From the NCBI GenBank assembly GCA_049672765.1, contig JBATWQ010000117.1, forward strand, positions 1 through 41,245: DNA of 41,245 bases, read 5' to 3'. Each line of letters opens with the position of its first letter. Positions within the stretch are counted from its first letter, which is position 1. The stretch comes from Microthrixaceae bacterium (GTDB lineage Bacteria; Actinomycetota; Acidimicrobiia; Acidimicrobiales; Microtrichaceae). The notes below the pieces were generated by a model. The model had not been told where the DNA came from and did no database searches. It saw only the letters and a program-made list of their open reading frames with translations. Below are positions 28,818 to 37,735 of the stretch, piece by piece. Made by a program: the position numbers and the translations under genes.

Positions 28818-28900
28818 CTCGTCCGCTGCAATTCTCCACGTTGCGTCCACGAACCAATCGAAAGGAGTCCCTGGCTCCGGACCGGCGGCCCCAGTGGCAC

Positions 28901-30079
28901 TCAGCCTCGACCGTTGACCAGGCGATCCATCAGGCGATATCCGTCGACGACCTCACTCGCAACGGTGCCCTCCTCGGAGTACTCACCGCCCGGGCCGTCG
29001 GTCGTAGAGTCGACGAGCAGATATGGAACCGAGTCCGACGTGTGGGTCTTGAGCGCGAGCGGAGTCGCGTGGTCGGGTGACATCAGTAGGCGCCATTCCC
29101 CCATCTCATCGAGGGCAGGAATCAAGTCCGCGAGAATTCGTCGGTCCCAGTTCTCCAGAGCCTTTACCTTCTCGGCGACGTTGCCTGCATGGCCGGCCTC
29201 GTCGGTGGCCTCCACGTGGATCACGAACAGGTCGCTACCAGCGCGCAGGGCTTCAATCGCCGCGTCACGCTTGCCCTCGTAGTCCGTGTCGTACCAGCCG
29301 GTTGCGCCTGGCACCTCGACTATGTCCATTCCGGTAAGGACGCCCAGCCCACGAACCAGGTCGACGGCAGTCACCATTCCTGCCTTCAGACCGTAAGTCG
29401 ATTGGAACGACGGCAGTCTCGGCTGGTGACCCTGACCCCAGAGCCACACCTGGTTGGCGGCGACGGAAGGAAACCTGGAGAGAACCTTGCGGCTGGCCTC
29501 CATCACCTCGCGCAGCAACGGCGCACTCGGACCGACCGGCCAGATCGCAGGGTCGTCGCTCAGGTCGTGCGGCGGTACACATTCGGCGTCGGCCCACGAT
29601 TGGGGCGCGACCATGATGTGTCGGTACTGGACCCCCGGATGGAACGTGATGTCGGCGCCAGCGCCGGATCCAAGCTCGGCGTCGAGTGCGGCGATCACCT
29701 CGGCGGCGTCCTCGGTGCTCGGATGCCCACCTGCGAAGTCAGCCATGTACCCGTCGTTGCCGCCACGCCCGGTGTCGACGGTCGACAGGTTGCACCTGAA
29801 TGCAACCTGGTCCGGGGCAAGCTCGATCCCCAGTGATGCTGCTTCTATCGGCGCCCGGCCAGTGTGATGGATGGCGGGATCGAAACCGAGGAGCGAGAGG
29901 TTACCGACGTCGCTTCCCGGTGCCATCCCCCGGGGGATCACCTGTGCACGACCGACGGTTCCCCTGGCTGCAAGTGACCGCAGGATCGGCGTGTCGGCAA
30001 CTTGTAGTGGGGTTCGACCACCCAGATCGGGATTGGGCTCGTCGGCGCAGCCGTCAGGGACACAGAGGACGTATTTCAC
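28901..30079 (-). CDS. Cofactor-independent phosphoglycerate mutase (ApgM)-family protein; proposed non-canonical homoserine kinase
   Basis: 392 aa with MKYVLCVPDGCADEP..GGRTPLQVADTP, PGSDVGNLSLLGFDP, HVEATDEAGHAG and SPDHATP, which are hallmarks of the ApgM clade of the alkaline-phosphatase superfamily. It sits 33 nt downstream of thrC, in the thrB slot. Confidence 0.8.
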   Translation of the reverse strand: MKYVLCVPDGCADEPNPDLGGRTPLQVADTPILRSLAARGTVGRAQVIPRGMAPGSDVGNLSLLGFDPAIHHTGRAPIEAASLGIELAPDQVAFRCNLSTVDTGRGGNDGYMADFAGGHPSTEDAAEVIAALDAELGSGAGADITFHPGVQYRHIMVAPQSWADAECVPPHDLSDDPAIWPVGPSAPLLREVMEASRKVLSRFPSVAANQVWLWGQGHQPRLPSFQSTYGLKAGMVTAVDLVRGLGVLTGMDIVEVPGATGWYDTDYEGKRDAAIEALRAGSDLFVIHVEATDEAGHAGNVAEKVKALENWDRRILADLIPALDEMGEWRLLMSPDHATPLALKTHTSDSVPYLLVDSTTDGPGGEYSEEGTVASEVVDGYRLMDRLVNGRG

Positions 30080-30112
30080 CTCGACAGTCTGGCTCAGCCG
30101 TCACGCCGCGGT

Positions 30113-31546
30113 TCAACTTCGCGAGGCGATCCCCTGCGCCGGACCGGAGCGGAGACGATCTCGGATCAACGACTCGACCGCGGCCAGATTGCCTTCGACC
30201 TTTGTGATGCGCTCCGGTCGGTCGAAAAGGTCAGACAGGCGTGGCGGCAGCGGAGGCCTGATTCCTATGGCCATCTCGACCGCGTCCGGGAACTTCGCCG
30301 GGTCCGCAGTTGCGAGGGCGATAACCGGAACCGACGGGTCTCCGTTGGTCTGCTCAGCCGCTGCGACAGCGACGGAGGTGTGGGGGTCGATGATCATGCC
30401 CCGTCTCTGGTGGACGTCCCGGATGACTCCTGCGGCGCTCTCTCCGTCGATACGGGTGGCATCGAACTCCTCGCCGAGTCGACGCAGGTGGCCCTCGCTG
30501 ACCGACACGGTTCCGTCGGATCTGAACCTGCCCATCAGATCTGCGACTGCGGCGCCGTCCCGGTCGAGCACCTCAAAAAGGAGTCTCTCAAGATTCGAAC
30601 TGACCTGGATGTCCATAGACGGACTCGTCGTCGGAACCACCTCGCGAATTTCCATGGTGCCGGTCGTGAAGAAGCGGGTGAGAATATCGTTGCTGTTGGA
30701 AGCAACGAGAAGGCGGTCGACCGGCAGTCCCATCTGTTTTGCGGCCCAGCCCGCGAGGATGTTGCCGAAATTCCCGGTCGGCACGCTGAAGGTCACCGGA
30801 CCGTGATCGGGGGCAACTTCCAGGTGTGCGGTCACGTAGTAGACGATCTGCGCCATGACCCGGGCCCAGTTGATCGAGTTGACCGCCGAAAGCCCAACCT
30901 CTTTGCGGAACTCTTCGTCCGCGAAGGCCGCCTTCACCAGGTCTTGGCAGTCGTCAAAGGTTCCATCCACTGCAACCGCATGGACGTTCTCCGCGTCGAT
31001 GGTGGACATCTGACGCCGCTGCACGTCTGAAACCCGGCCGTCGGGAAACAGGACGAAGATGTCTATGTGGTCCCTGTCCCGCACGGATTCGATCGCGGCC
31101 GAACCCGTGTCCCCCGAGGTGGCCCCGAGGATGCACGCCCTCTCGCCCCGCTGGGTGAGTACATGATCGAACAGCCGACCCACGAGCTGCAGCGCCACGT
31201 CCTTGAAGGCCAGGGTCGGGCCGCGGAACAACTCGAGTAGCCAAACGTCCGCGCCCGATTCGGTCGTGCCGAGCGGCACCACCGGACAGACCCTGTCGTC
31301 GTCGAAGACGCTGTAGCTCTCGGTAACGATCCGCTCGAAATCGGCCCGGTCGATCTCGCCCTCCACGAAGGGCCACATGACCTCGATCGCCACCTCGGGG
31401 TACGACAGTCCTGCCAGGTCATCGAGGTTTGGGAGCTGTGGCCACGTCTCGGGCAGGTACAGCCCGCCGTCGGACGCCAGCCCGGCCAGTAGCACGTCTG
31501 CAAAACCGAGTACCTCGGCCCTGCCTCTTGTTGACACGTATTTCAT
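30113..31546 (-). CDS. thrC: Threonine synthase
   Basis: 477 aa. MKYVSTRGRAEVLGFADVLLAGLASDGGLYLPE is a canonical long-form ThrC N-terminus. The PLP-lysine region is ...FRGPTLAFKD. Confidence 0.95.
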   Translation of the reverse strand: MKYVSTRGRAEVLGFADVLLAGLASDGGLYLPETWPQLPNLDDLAGLSYPEVAIEVMWPFVEGEIDRADFERIVTESYSVFDDDRVCPVVPLGTTESGADVWLLELFRGPTLAFKDVALQLVGRLFDHVLTQRGERACILGATSGDTGSAAIESVRDRDHIDIFVLFPDGRVSDVQRRQMSTIDAENVHAVAVDGTFDDCQDLVKAAFADEEFRKEVGLSAVNSINWARVMAQIVYYVTAHLEVAPDHGPVTFSVPTGNFGNILAGWAAKQMGLPVDRLLVASNSNDILTRFFTTGTMEIREVVPTTSPSMDIQVSSNLERLLFEVLDRDGAAVADLMGRFRSDGTVSVSEGHLRRLGEEFDATRIDGESAAGVIRDVHQRRGMIIDPHTSVAVAAAEQTNGDPSVPVIALATADPAKFPDAVEMAIGIRPPLPPRLSDLFDRPERITKVEGNLAAVESLIRDRLRSGPAQGIASRS

Positions 31547-31558
31547 CGCTTGCTCACC

Positions 31559-32857
31559 TCACTCTGCGCTGATGACGCGTAATACGGCACCGACCGACAG
31601 GACCGTCTGCAGCGTCCGCAGTTCGTGCAGCGTCGCCCTGACGTCAGCCTCGCGCGCGACGTGGGTAATGAAGATGAGTCGGGCCCGCCCTTCCTCGGGT
31701 GGCTCGAGGATTTCCTGCTCCATCGAGTGGATCGACACGGCGTGGGAGCCGAAAACCCCTGCCACGGCGGCCAGAACACCGGGCTCGTCTGTCACTTCGA
31801 GATTGATGTAGTAGGGCGATGACAGCTCGTCGACCGGTCGAAGCTCGGGTCTGCCGAATTTGCCGATGGTGGCGTGGGTTCTCTTGGCCAGGTTCGACGC
31901 AGCATCGATGACGTCACCCAGAACAGCTGTCGCCGTCGGATAGCCGCCTGCGCCACGCCCGTAGAACATCAGGTCACCCACGGCGTTGCCCTCCACAAAG
32001 ACTGCGTTGAAGCTGTCGCGCACCGACGCCAGCGGGTGAGCCTGGGGAACCATTGCCGGATGCACTCGAACGGCGATCGAGCCGTCGTCGAAGCGCTCGG
32101 CGATGGCCAGCAATTTGATGACGAAACCAAGGCGTGCCGCAAAGGCGATGTCGCTCGGGGTGATACCCGAAATTCCCTCGTGGTAGACGTCGCCTGCAAC
32201 CACTCTGGACCCGAACGCGATGGTCGCGATGATTGCCGCCTTGGCGCCTGCATCGAAACCTTCGACGTCGGCGGTCGGGTCCCGTTCGGCGTAGCCCAGG
32301 CTCTGCGCCTCGGCGAGCGCTTCGCTGTAACCGATCCCCTCTTCGGACATCTTCGTGAGGATGTAGTTGGTGGTCCCGTTGACGATCCCCATGACCCGAG
32401 TCACGTTCTCGCCAACCAGAGATTCGCGAAGCGGACGAACAATCGGGATTCCCCCGGCGACCGCGGCCTCGAAGAGCAGGTCCACGCCGGCCTCGTCGGC
32501 TGCCGCGTACAGGTCGGTGCCCACGTTTGCGAGCAGTTCCTTGTTTGCGGTCACCACGGGCTTGCCACCGGCGAGTGCCGACGAAATCAGCTCGCGGGCG
32601 GGCTCGATCCCGCCGATTACCTCAACGACCAGGTCGATTGCCGGGTCCTCGACAACCGCCACCGAGTCGGTCGTCAGAACGTCGGCACCCAGACCTACTC
32701 CGCGCTCCTTCGAAAGCGACCGCACCGCAACACGAGCCACTTTCAGCGTGATTCCGGTTCGACGACCGATCTCGTCCCCATGTTCGTTTATGAGCGAAAT
32801 GAGCGCGGCGCCGACGTTTCCGCAGCCCAGAACTCCGATGTTCACGGTCTTCTCCAC
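31559..32857 (-). CDS. hom: Homoserine dehydrogenase
   Basis: 432 aa with NAD-binding VNIGVLGCGNVGAA and a C-terminal ACT domain. GTG start. TAGCCT lies 6 nt upstream with no SD, so the transcript is possibly leaderless. Confidence 0.95.
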   Translation of the reverse strand: MEKTVNIGVLGCGNVGAALISLINEHGDEIGRRTGITLKVARVAVRSLSKERGVGLGADVLTTDSVAVVEDPAIDLVVEVIGGIEPARELISSALAGGKPVVTANKELLANVGTDLYAAADEAGVDLLFEAAVAGGIPIVRPLRESLVGENVTRVMGIVNGTTNYILTKMSEEGIGYSEALAEAQSLGYAERDPTADVEGFDAGAKAAIIATIAFGSRVVAGDVYHEGISGITPSDIAFAARLGFVIKLLAIAERFDDGSIAVRVHPAMVPQAHPLASVRDSFNAVFVEGNAVGDLMFYGRGAGGYPTATAVLGDVIDAASNLAKRTHATIGKFGRPELRPVDELSSPYYINLEVTDEPGVLAAVAGVFGSHAVSIHSMEQEILEPPEEGRARLIFITHVAREADVRATLHELRTLQTVLSVGAVLRVISAE

Positions 32858-32867
32858 GTCGTGAGGC

Positions 32868-32885
32868 TACCGGTCAACACCGGTA
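32868..32885. promoter_or_regulatory. Inverted repeat TACCGGT-CAAC-ACCGGTA in the hom / AAA+ divergent spacer
   Basis: The 7-bp arms were read directly from the sequence. It starts 11 nt upstream of the hom GTG. A third CCGGT follows at 32887-32891. Confidence 0.3.
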
Positions 32886-33025
32886 CCCGGTGAACGCCCG
32901 AGGGCGGTGATCTCAGCTGTTTCGTTCCGGCGAAGGTTTCAGTTGTGCCACGAATCAGCCGATCAGCTCTCAGAGGCTCAAGCCCCTCATCGGAAATTCG
33001 GCGCGAGCGCCTTCACGAGGACCAG

Positions 33026-34417
33026 ATGCACCACCAAGAGAACGACCTACCGGACCTGAGAACTCCGACGAGCCCCGAAGCTGTGGGTTTGAGCCCGACG
33101 CTCATGGAGGATCTGCTTCTGAGGCGTGCAGTCATGGAGGGGCGTACGCCCATGACTACGCTCGCGCAGAAGCTGCATGTGTCGATAAATGTCGTCGATG
33201 CGCTGCTCAACTCGATGCGCGAGCGGAAGCTGATCGAGTACGACGGGATGGAAGGCCGCGCCTACCGGGTGGCTGTCACGGAGGCCGGGCGCGAACTGTC
33301 CGCCCAACGGTCCCGCGAGACCCGCTACGCCGGTCCGATGCCGGTCCCGTTGTCGCTGTACGACTCGGTGGTCCGTAGTCAGCGACCCGATGTCCGCCTC
33401 GACCAGGACATGCTGACCCGGTCGTTCTCGGACCTCGTCATCGCACCCGATCTGATCGACCAGCTCGGCCCGGCGATCCACGGCGAGGGGGCCATGTTCC
33501 TCTACGGGCCGCCCGGCACCGGAAAGAGCAGCATCGCCGAGCGGGTGGTGCGGGCCTATCAGGACCAGGTTCTGGTCCCTCATTGTGTCGAGGTCGACGG
33601 CCAGATCATCTCGGTGTTCGACCCGACGCTGCACGATCCGGTCGCCGAACAGCCACCGGGCCTCGACCGTCGCTGGGTGCTCTGCTTGCGTCCCGCCGTT
33701 GTCACCGGTGGTGAACTGCACGCCGGAATGCTCGACCTGCAGCTCGATCGCGAGACCGGGGTCTACCTGGCCCCGCTGCAGATGAAGGCCAACAACGGTG
33801 TTCTGGTCATAGACGACTTCGGCCGACAGGCCATGAGCCCGGACGCGCTGCTGAACCGCTGGATCGTTCCGCTGGACCGCGGGATCGACTACCTGACCCT
33901 CCACGGGCGCAAATTCGAGGTTCCCTTCGAGGTGAAGGTGGTCCTCTCGACCAACCTCGACCCTTCGCAACTTGGAGACGAGGCGTTCTTCAGGCGCATC
34001 CACAACAAGATCTACATCGGGGCGTGCAACGACGATCAATTCGACTGGATTCTTGCCCGCGTCGCGGACAAGAAGGGCGTAACCGTCGACGGACTCGGGG
34101 CAGCGAAGCTGCGCGCAGAGGCAAAGGCCAAGGGCGACGGCGAACTCCGGGCGTACCTGCCGGGCGTCGTGTGCGAACTCGCTCTGGCCATCTCGGCCTA
34201 TGAGAACACCGCGCCGGACCTGACCCCCGGCCTGATCGATCGGGTCCTGCGTCTCTACTTCGCAGACATGGACAACGCGAAGGTCCGTGAAGTTCCGCAA
34301 GCTCCGGTCGAAGACGAATTGCAGCCAGTCCTCCCACCGCCGTTCGAGCCGGACCTGGAACCGATGGACATGGCCGTCGAAGCAACCAATTCCGATTCGA
34401 TGGACCTCGTGGGCTGA
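33026..34417 (+). CDS. AAA+ ATPase with an N-terminal winged-helix (MarR-like) domain, function unknown
   Basis: Walker A LYGPPGTGKSS, Walker B VLVIDDFG, sensor/Arg region VVLSTNLDPSQLGDEAFFRRI. The N-terminal segment TLAQKLHVSINVVDALLNSMRERKLIEYDG...YRVAVTEAGRE looks like a wHTH. I prefer the ATG at 33026 (GAGGA SD 4-5 nt upstream) over the track GTG at 32945. Confidence 0.75.
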   Translation: MHHQENDLPDLRTPTSPEAVGLSPTLMEDLLLRRAVMEGRTPMTTLAQKLHVSINVVDALLNSMRERKLIEYDGMEGRAYRVAVTEAGRELSAQRSRETRYAGPMPVPLSLYDSVVRSQRPDVRLDQDMLTRSFSDLVIAPDLIDQLGPAIHGEGAMFLYGPPGTGKSSIAERVVRAYQDQVLVPHCVEVDGQIISVFDPTLHDPVAEQPPGLDRRWVLCLRPAVVTGGELHAGMLDLQLDRETGVYLAPLQMKANNGVLVIDDFGRQAMSPDALLNRWIVPLDRGIDYLTLHGRKFEVPFEVKVVLSTNLDPSQLGDEAFFRRIHNKIYIGACNDDQFDWILARVADKKGVTVDGLGAAKLRAEAKAKGDGELRAYLPGVVCELALAISAYENTAPDLTPGLIDRVLRLYFADMDNAKVREVPQAPVEDELQPVLPPPFEPDLEPMDMAVEATNSDSMDLVG

Positions 34418-34449
34418 TCAGCCTGATCCCGGCGAATTGACCTGATCCC

Positions 34450-34467
34450 GGGCAAATCTGTTTGCCC
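34450..34467. terminator. Hairpin between the convergent AAA+ and lysA genes
   Basis: Perfect 7-bp stem GGGCAAA / TTTGCCC with a 4-nt loop, preceded by the direct repeat CCTGATCCCGG (34422-34432 and 34441-34451). There is no U tract on either strand. Confidence 0.4.
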
Positions 34468-34552
34468 ACTCGCGACGGTTGTTGTGTGGGCCGAGCGGCG
34501 TAGTGCATGGGGGCACCTGGCGAGACCCTCTGCTGGCCGTCGGCGGCGAGCG

Positions 34553-35845
34553 TCAGCCGAGGTCTGTCAGCAACAGATCCTCGTTTGTCTCGCGCCTAAC
34601 CACCAGGCGCGCCTCACCACCGGACACGAAGACAACTGCGGGCCGCAGGACCTTGTTGTAGTTGGAACCCATCGAGTGTCCGTACGCACCGGTTACGGGC
34701 GTAGCGATCACGTCGCCAACCTTCAGATCTCCCGGCACCTTGCCCTCGCGCACCAACAGGTCACCGGACTCACAGTGCTTGCCCACCAGACGGATCGGCA
34801 TGTCGCGTTCGGAGGTAGCGGCACGGGGCAGGAACGTCTCGTAGTCGCTTCCGTAGAGAACCGGCCGAGGGTTGTCGCTCATGCCACCGTCGATCGCCAC
34901 GTAGGTGCGGACGCCGGGGATGAACTTGATTGTGCCCACCTCGTAGAGGGTCAGCGCGGCCGCTGCGGCAATCGCCCGACCCGGTTCGACCTTGATCTTC
35001 GACCGAACTCCGAGTTCCGCGCACGTCGCAAGGATTGCGGTGCCCCATTCCGACAGCGACGGTGCGACGTCTCCCTCGACGTAGGCCACTCCGAGGCCGC
35101 CGCCGACAACCAGTTCAGGTAGGTCGTGATGGACGACGAATGGCGCAACGGCTTTCAAGCCTTCGAGGAAGTTCTCGACGCTGAACACCTGACTCCCGAT
35201 GTGCATGTGGAGCCCGACAAGGTCGACCGAAGCGCTCGCCGTCGCCCTGGCGATTGCTTCCTCGGCCTGATCGGTCGGCACGGGAAAACCGAACTTGGAG
35301 TCCAGGTTGCCGGTCTGGACGTGTTCGTGGGTGTGGACCTCGATGCCCGGGTTGATCCTCAGGAGAATCTTGGGAACAGCAGATCCCGACGCCACGAGCG
35401 CTTCAATCCGATCGAGTTCATCAAAGGAGTCGACCACGATCCGTCCGACACCGACCGACAGGGCGTATTCCAGTTCATCGGTCGACTTGTTGTTGCCGTG
35501 GAACTCAAGCCGTGCCGGTTGCACACCGGCGGACAACGCGATGTACATCTCACCCGAGGTCGCGACGTCCAGGGCCATTCCCTCTTCGTGTACCAAGCGT
35601 GCCATGGCTCGGCAGAGGAACGCCTTGGTCGCATAAATGGCGTTGCCCTCACCGAAGATCGACGTGACCTCGCGACACCGTGCGCGCAGGTGCTCCTCGT
35701 CGTAGACGAACAGCGGGGTGCCGAAGCGCTTCGCCAGGTCGAGCGTGCTCACCCCGCCGATCGACAACTCTCCACGCTCGTCGGCCTGGGATGTCATGGG
35801 GAGCAGATCCCACGGGAGCGCGCTGCCCTCAACTGTTCCGGTCAC
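34553..35845 (-). CDS. lysA: Diaminopimelate decarboxylase
   Basis: ...FGTPLFVYDEEHLRARC..., YATKAF PLP-lysine region, ...CESGD.... I chose the GTG at 35845 as the start because it overlaps the argS stop (GTGA) and keeps the conserved N-terminal LPWDLLP... segment. The track start at 35923 lies inside argS. Confidence 0.92.
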   Translation of the reverse strand: MTGTVEGSALPWDLLPMTSQADERGELSIGGVSTLDLAKRFGTPLFVYDEEHLRARCREVTSIFGEGNAIYATKAFLCRAMARLVHEEGMALDVATSGEMYIALSAGVQPARLEFHGNNKSTDELEYALSVGVGRIVVDSFDELDRIEALVASGSAVPKILLRINPGIEVHTHEHVQTGNLDSKFGFPVPTDQAEEAIARATASASVDLVGLHMHIGSQVFSVENFLEGLKAVAPFVVHHDLPELVVGGGLGVAYVEGDVAPSLSEWGTAILATCAELGVRSKIKVEPGRAIAAAAALTLYEVGTIKFIPGVRTYVAIDGGMSDNPRPVLYGSDYETFLPRAATSERDMPIRLVGKHCESGDLLVREGKVPGDLKVGDVIATPVTGAYGHSMGSNYNKVLRPAVVFVSGGEARLVVRRETNEDLLLTDLG

Positions 35846-37440
35846 ATTCGCTCCGGAGCGTCGACACCCAACAGGCCGAGCCCGACCCGCAGTCCGACGC
35901 CGGCAGACTCGGCCAGCCACCAACGCGCCTGGCGCAGGTTCTCGTCGATCCCGTCGGCCAGGATCGGGCAGTCGTGGTAGAAGCCGTGCACTCCCCCGGC
36001 GAGCTCGCGGACCCAGGTCGTGATCCTGTGGGGCGCACGTTCGCGCACCGCCAACTCGATCACATCGGGAAGAACGAACAGCGTGCGCAGAATCTCGAGT
36101 TCGCGTTCGTGGGTCAGGCCGCCCAGATCGACCTCGTCGAGGGCTCGGCGCTCGATGCCCCGCTCTGCTGCGACCCTACCGATCGACTGGATCCGGGCGT
36201 TGGCCATCTGCACGTAGAACACCGGGTTCTCGTTCGATTGCGTGACGATCAGGTCGAGGTCGACCGTCTGTGGTGAATCCACCGACTGGAGCAGGTACGT
36301 CAGGCGGACAGCGTCGACGCCAACCTCTTCGATCAGGTCGGCGAGGGTAATCAGGTTGCCGGAACGCTTTGAGATCTTGACCTCTTCTCCGTCCTGTTCC
36401 AGACGGACCAGCTGCGAAATGATGACCTCGAGGTCTGACGGGTCGTGTCCCAGGGCCTCGACGGCAGCCTTCATCCGCGGCACGTAGCCGTGATGGTCCG
36501 CGCCCCAGACGTTGATCAGCAGATCGAAGCCGCGGGCGAACTTGTCGCGGTGGTAGGCGATGTCGGGCAGCAGATAGGTGAAGTCGCCGTCGCTCTTGAT
36601 CAGCACCCGATCCTTGTCGTCGCCGTAGTCGGTCGAGCGCAGCCAAACCGCTCCGTCTGAGTCGTAGACGACCCCACGGTCACGAAGGTCCGACACGGTC
36701 CGGGGCACCGCACCCGAGTCGACCATGGCACGCTCGGAGAACCAGGTGTCGTAGCTGACGTTCAGTCGCTCAAGGTCTTGGCGTGCCTGCTCAAGGGCAT
36801 GCGCCTCTCCCCACGTGAGCGGATCGACGTCGTCGGGCATCTGGGACGCCCAGTCCGTAATGTATTGGCCCTGGTAGCCACCCTCGGGGGGCTCCAACCC
36901 CCGCTTGCGGGCCAGCAGCGACTGACCGAACGTCTGCATCTGGACGCCGCGGTCGTTGATGTAGAACTCCCGCTCGACCTTGTGACCGGAGTACTCGAGC
37001 AGACGCGCCAGGCTGTCGCCGAATACTGCGCCTCGGGCATGGCCTGCGTGGACCGGTCCGGTCGGGTTGGACGAGACGAACTCGACCAGCACCCGACGAC
37101 CCTGGCCGACGGAGCTGCGTCCATAGTCGGAGCCGGCGGCCACCACCTGGGGCACCAGGTCGTGCAGCCACCCGGGATCGAGCTGGAAGTTGACGAAGCC
37201 GGGTCCGGCCACTTGCACACCCGTGACGTGGGCCGGAGGGTCCAACAGCACCTGATCCACGATCCTCTGGGCCAGTTCACGCGGGTTGGTTCCGGCCGCC
37301 TTGGCCGTCTTCATGGCGATGTTGGAGGAGAACTCGCCGTGCTCACGGCGGGTCGGCTGCTCCAGCTGGATCTCGTCCGGTGGCGTGATTCCAAGTTCGC
37401 CCACCGCATGCCGAAGTGAGTTGATGATCAGTGTTCGCAT
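35842..37440 (-). CDS. argS: Arginyl-tRNA synthetase
   Basis: Class I HIGH motif (NPTGPVHAGHARG) and an MSK-like ...KISKRSG. I trimmed the track ORF (to 37617) to the ATG at 37440 (MRTLIINSLRHAV) because the extension runs antisense through a tRNA gene. An AGGA SD is present. Confidence 0.95.
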   Translation of the reverse strand: MRTLIINSLRHAVGELGITPPDEIQLEQPTRREHGEFSSNIAMKTAKAAGTNPRELAQRIVDQVLLDPPAHVTGVQVAGPGFVNFQLDPGWLHDLVPQVVAAGSDYGRSSVGQGRRVLVEFVSSNPTGPVHAGHARGAVFGDSLARLLEYSGHKVEREFYINDRGVQMQTFGQSLLARKRGLEPPEGGYQGQYITDWASQMPDDVDPLTWGEAHALEQARQDLERLNVSYDTWFSERAMVDSGAVPRTVSDLRDRGVVYDSDGAVWLRSTDYGDDKDRVLIKSDGDFTYLLPDIAYHRDKFARGFDLLINVWGADHHGYVPRMKAAVEALGHDPSDLEVIISQLVRLEQDGEEVKISKRSGNLITLADLIEEVGVDAVRLTYLLQSVDSPQTVDLDLIVTQSNENPVFYVQMANARIQSIGRVAAERGIERRALDEVDLGGLTHERELEILRTLFVLPDVIELAVRERAPHRITTWVRELAGGVHGFYHDCPILADGIDENLRQARWWLAESAGVGLRVGLGLLGVDAPERM

Positions 37441-37526
37441 TTGGATCCTGCCGAAGGAGGGGGAGGCGGCGATCGAATGGTAATGTCCCAGCCCTGACTT
37501 CAGTAACCGGTTGTGGTCAGGTATCC

Positions 37527-37598
37527 GCCCTCGTAGCTCAGGGGATAGAGCATCGCCCTCCGGAGGCGTGTGCGCAGGTTCGAATCCTGCCGAGGGCA
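37527..37598 (+). tRNA. tRNA-Arg (anticodon CCG)
   Basis: Folded by hand. Acceptor GCCCTCG/CGAGGGC, D arm GCTC-AGGGGATA-GAGC, anticodon arm (T)CGCC-CTCCGGA-GGCG(T), T arm GCAGG-TTCGAAT-CCTGC, discriminator A. No CCA is encoded. Confidence 0.9.
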
Positions 37599-37603
37599 CG
37601 GAC

Positions 37604-37634
37604 CAGACTCCGCGCAAAATGGACGCGGAGTCTG
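37604..37634. terminator. Strong hairpin between tRNA-Arg and the convergent map gene
   Basis: Perfect 11-bp stem CAGACTCCGCG / CGCGGAGTCTG with a 9-nt loop, starting 6 nt after the tRNA. There is no U tract. Confidence 0.5.
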
Positions 37635-37735
37635 CGGGCGGGACCAGGCCCTCTAGAAGCGCCGGAACGGCCAGCCCGAGAATGGCGGTCCCGGGCAGTA
37701 TCGGTTCGGGGTCTCGAGGATGTCCGACCTGCTCC

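Noticed and set aside
37441-37617. N-terminal 59-codon extension of the argS ORF from a TTG start
   Set aside because: It reads antisense straight through the tRNA-Arg gene. The internal ATG at 37440 has an SD and gives a normal ArgRS N-terminus.
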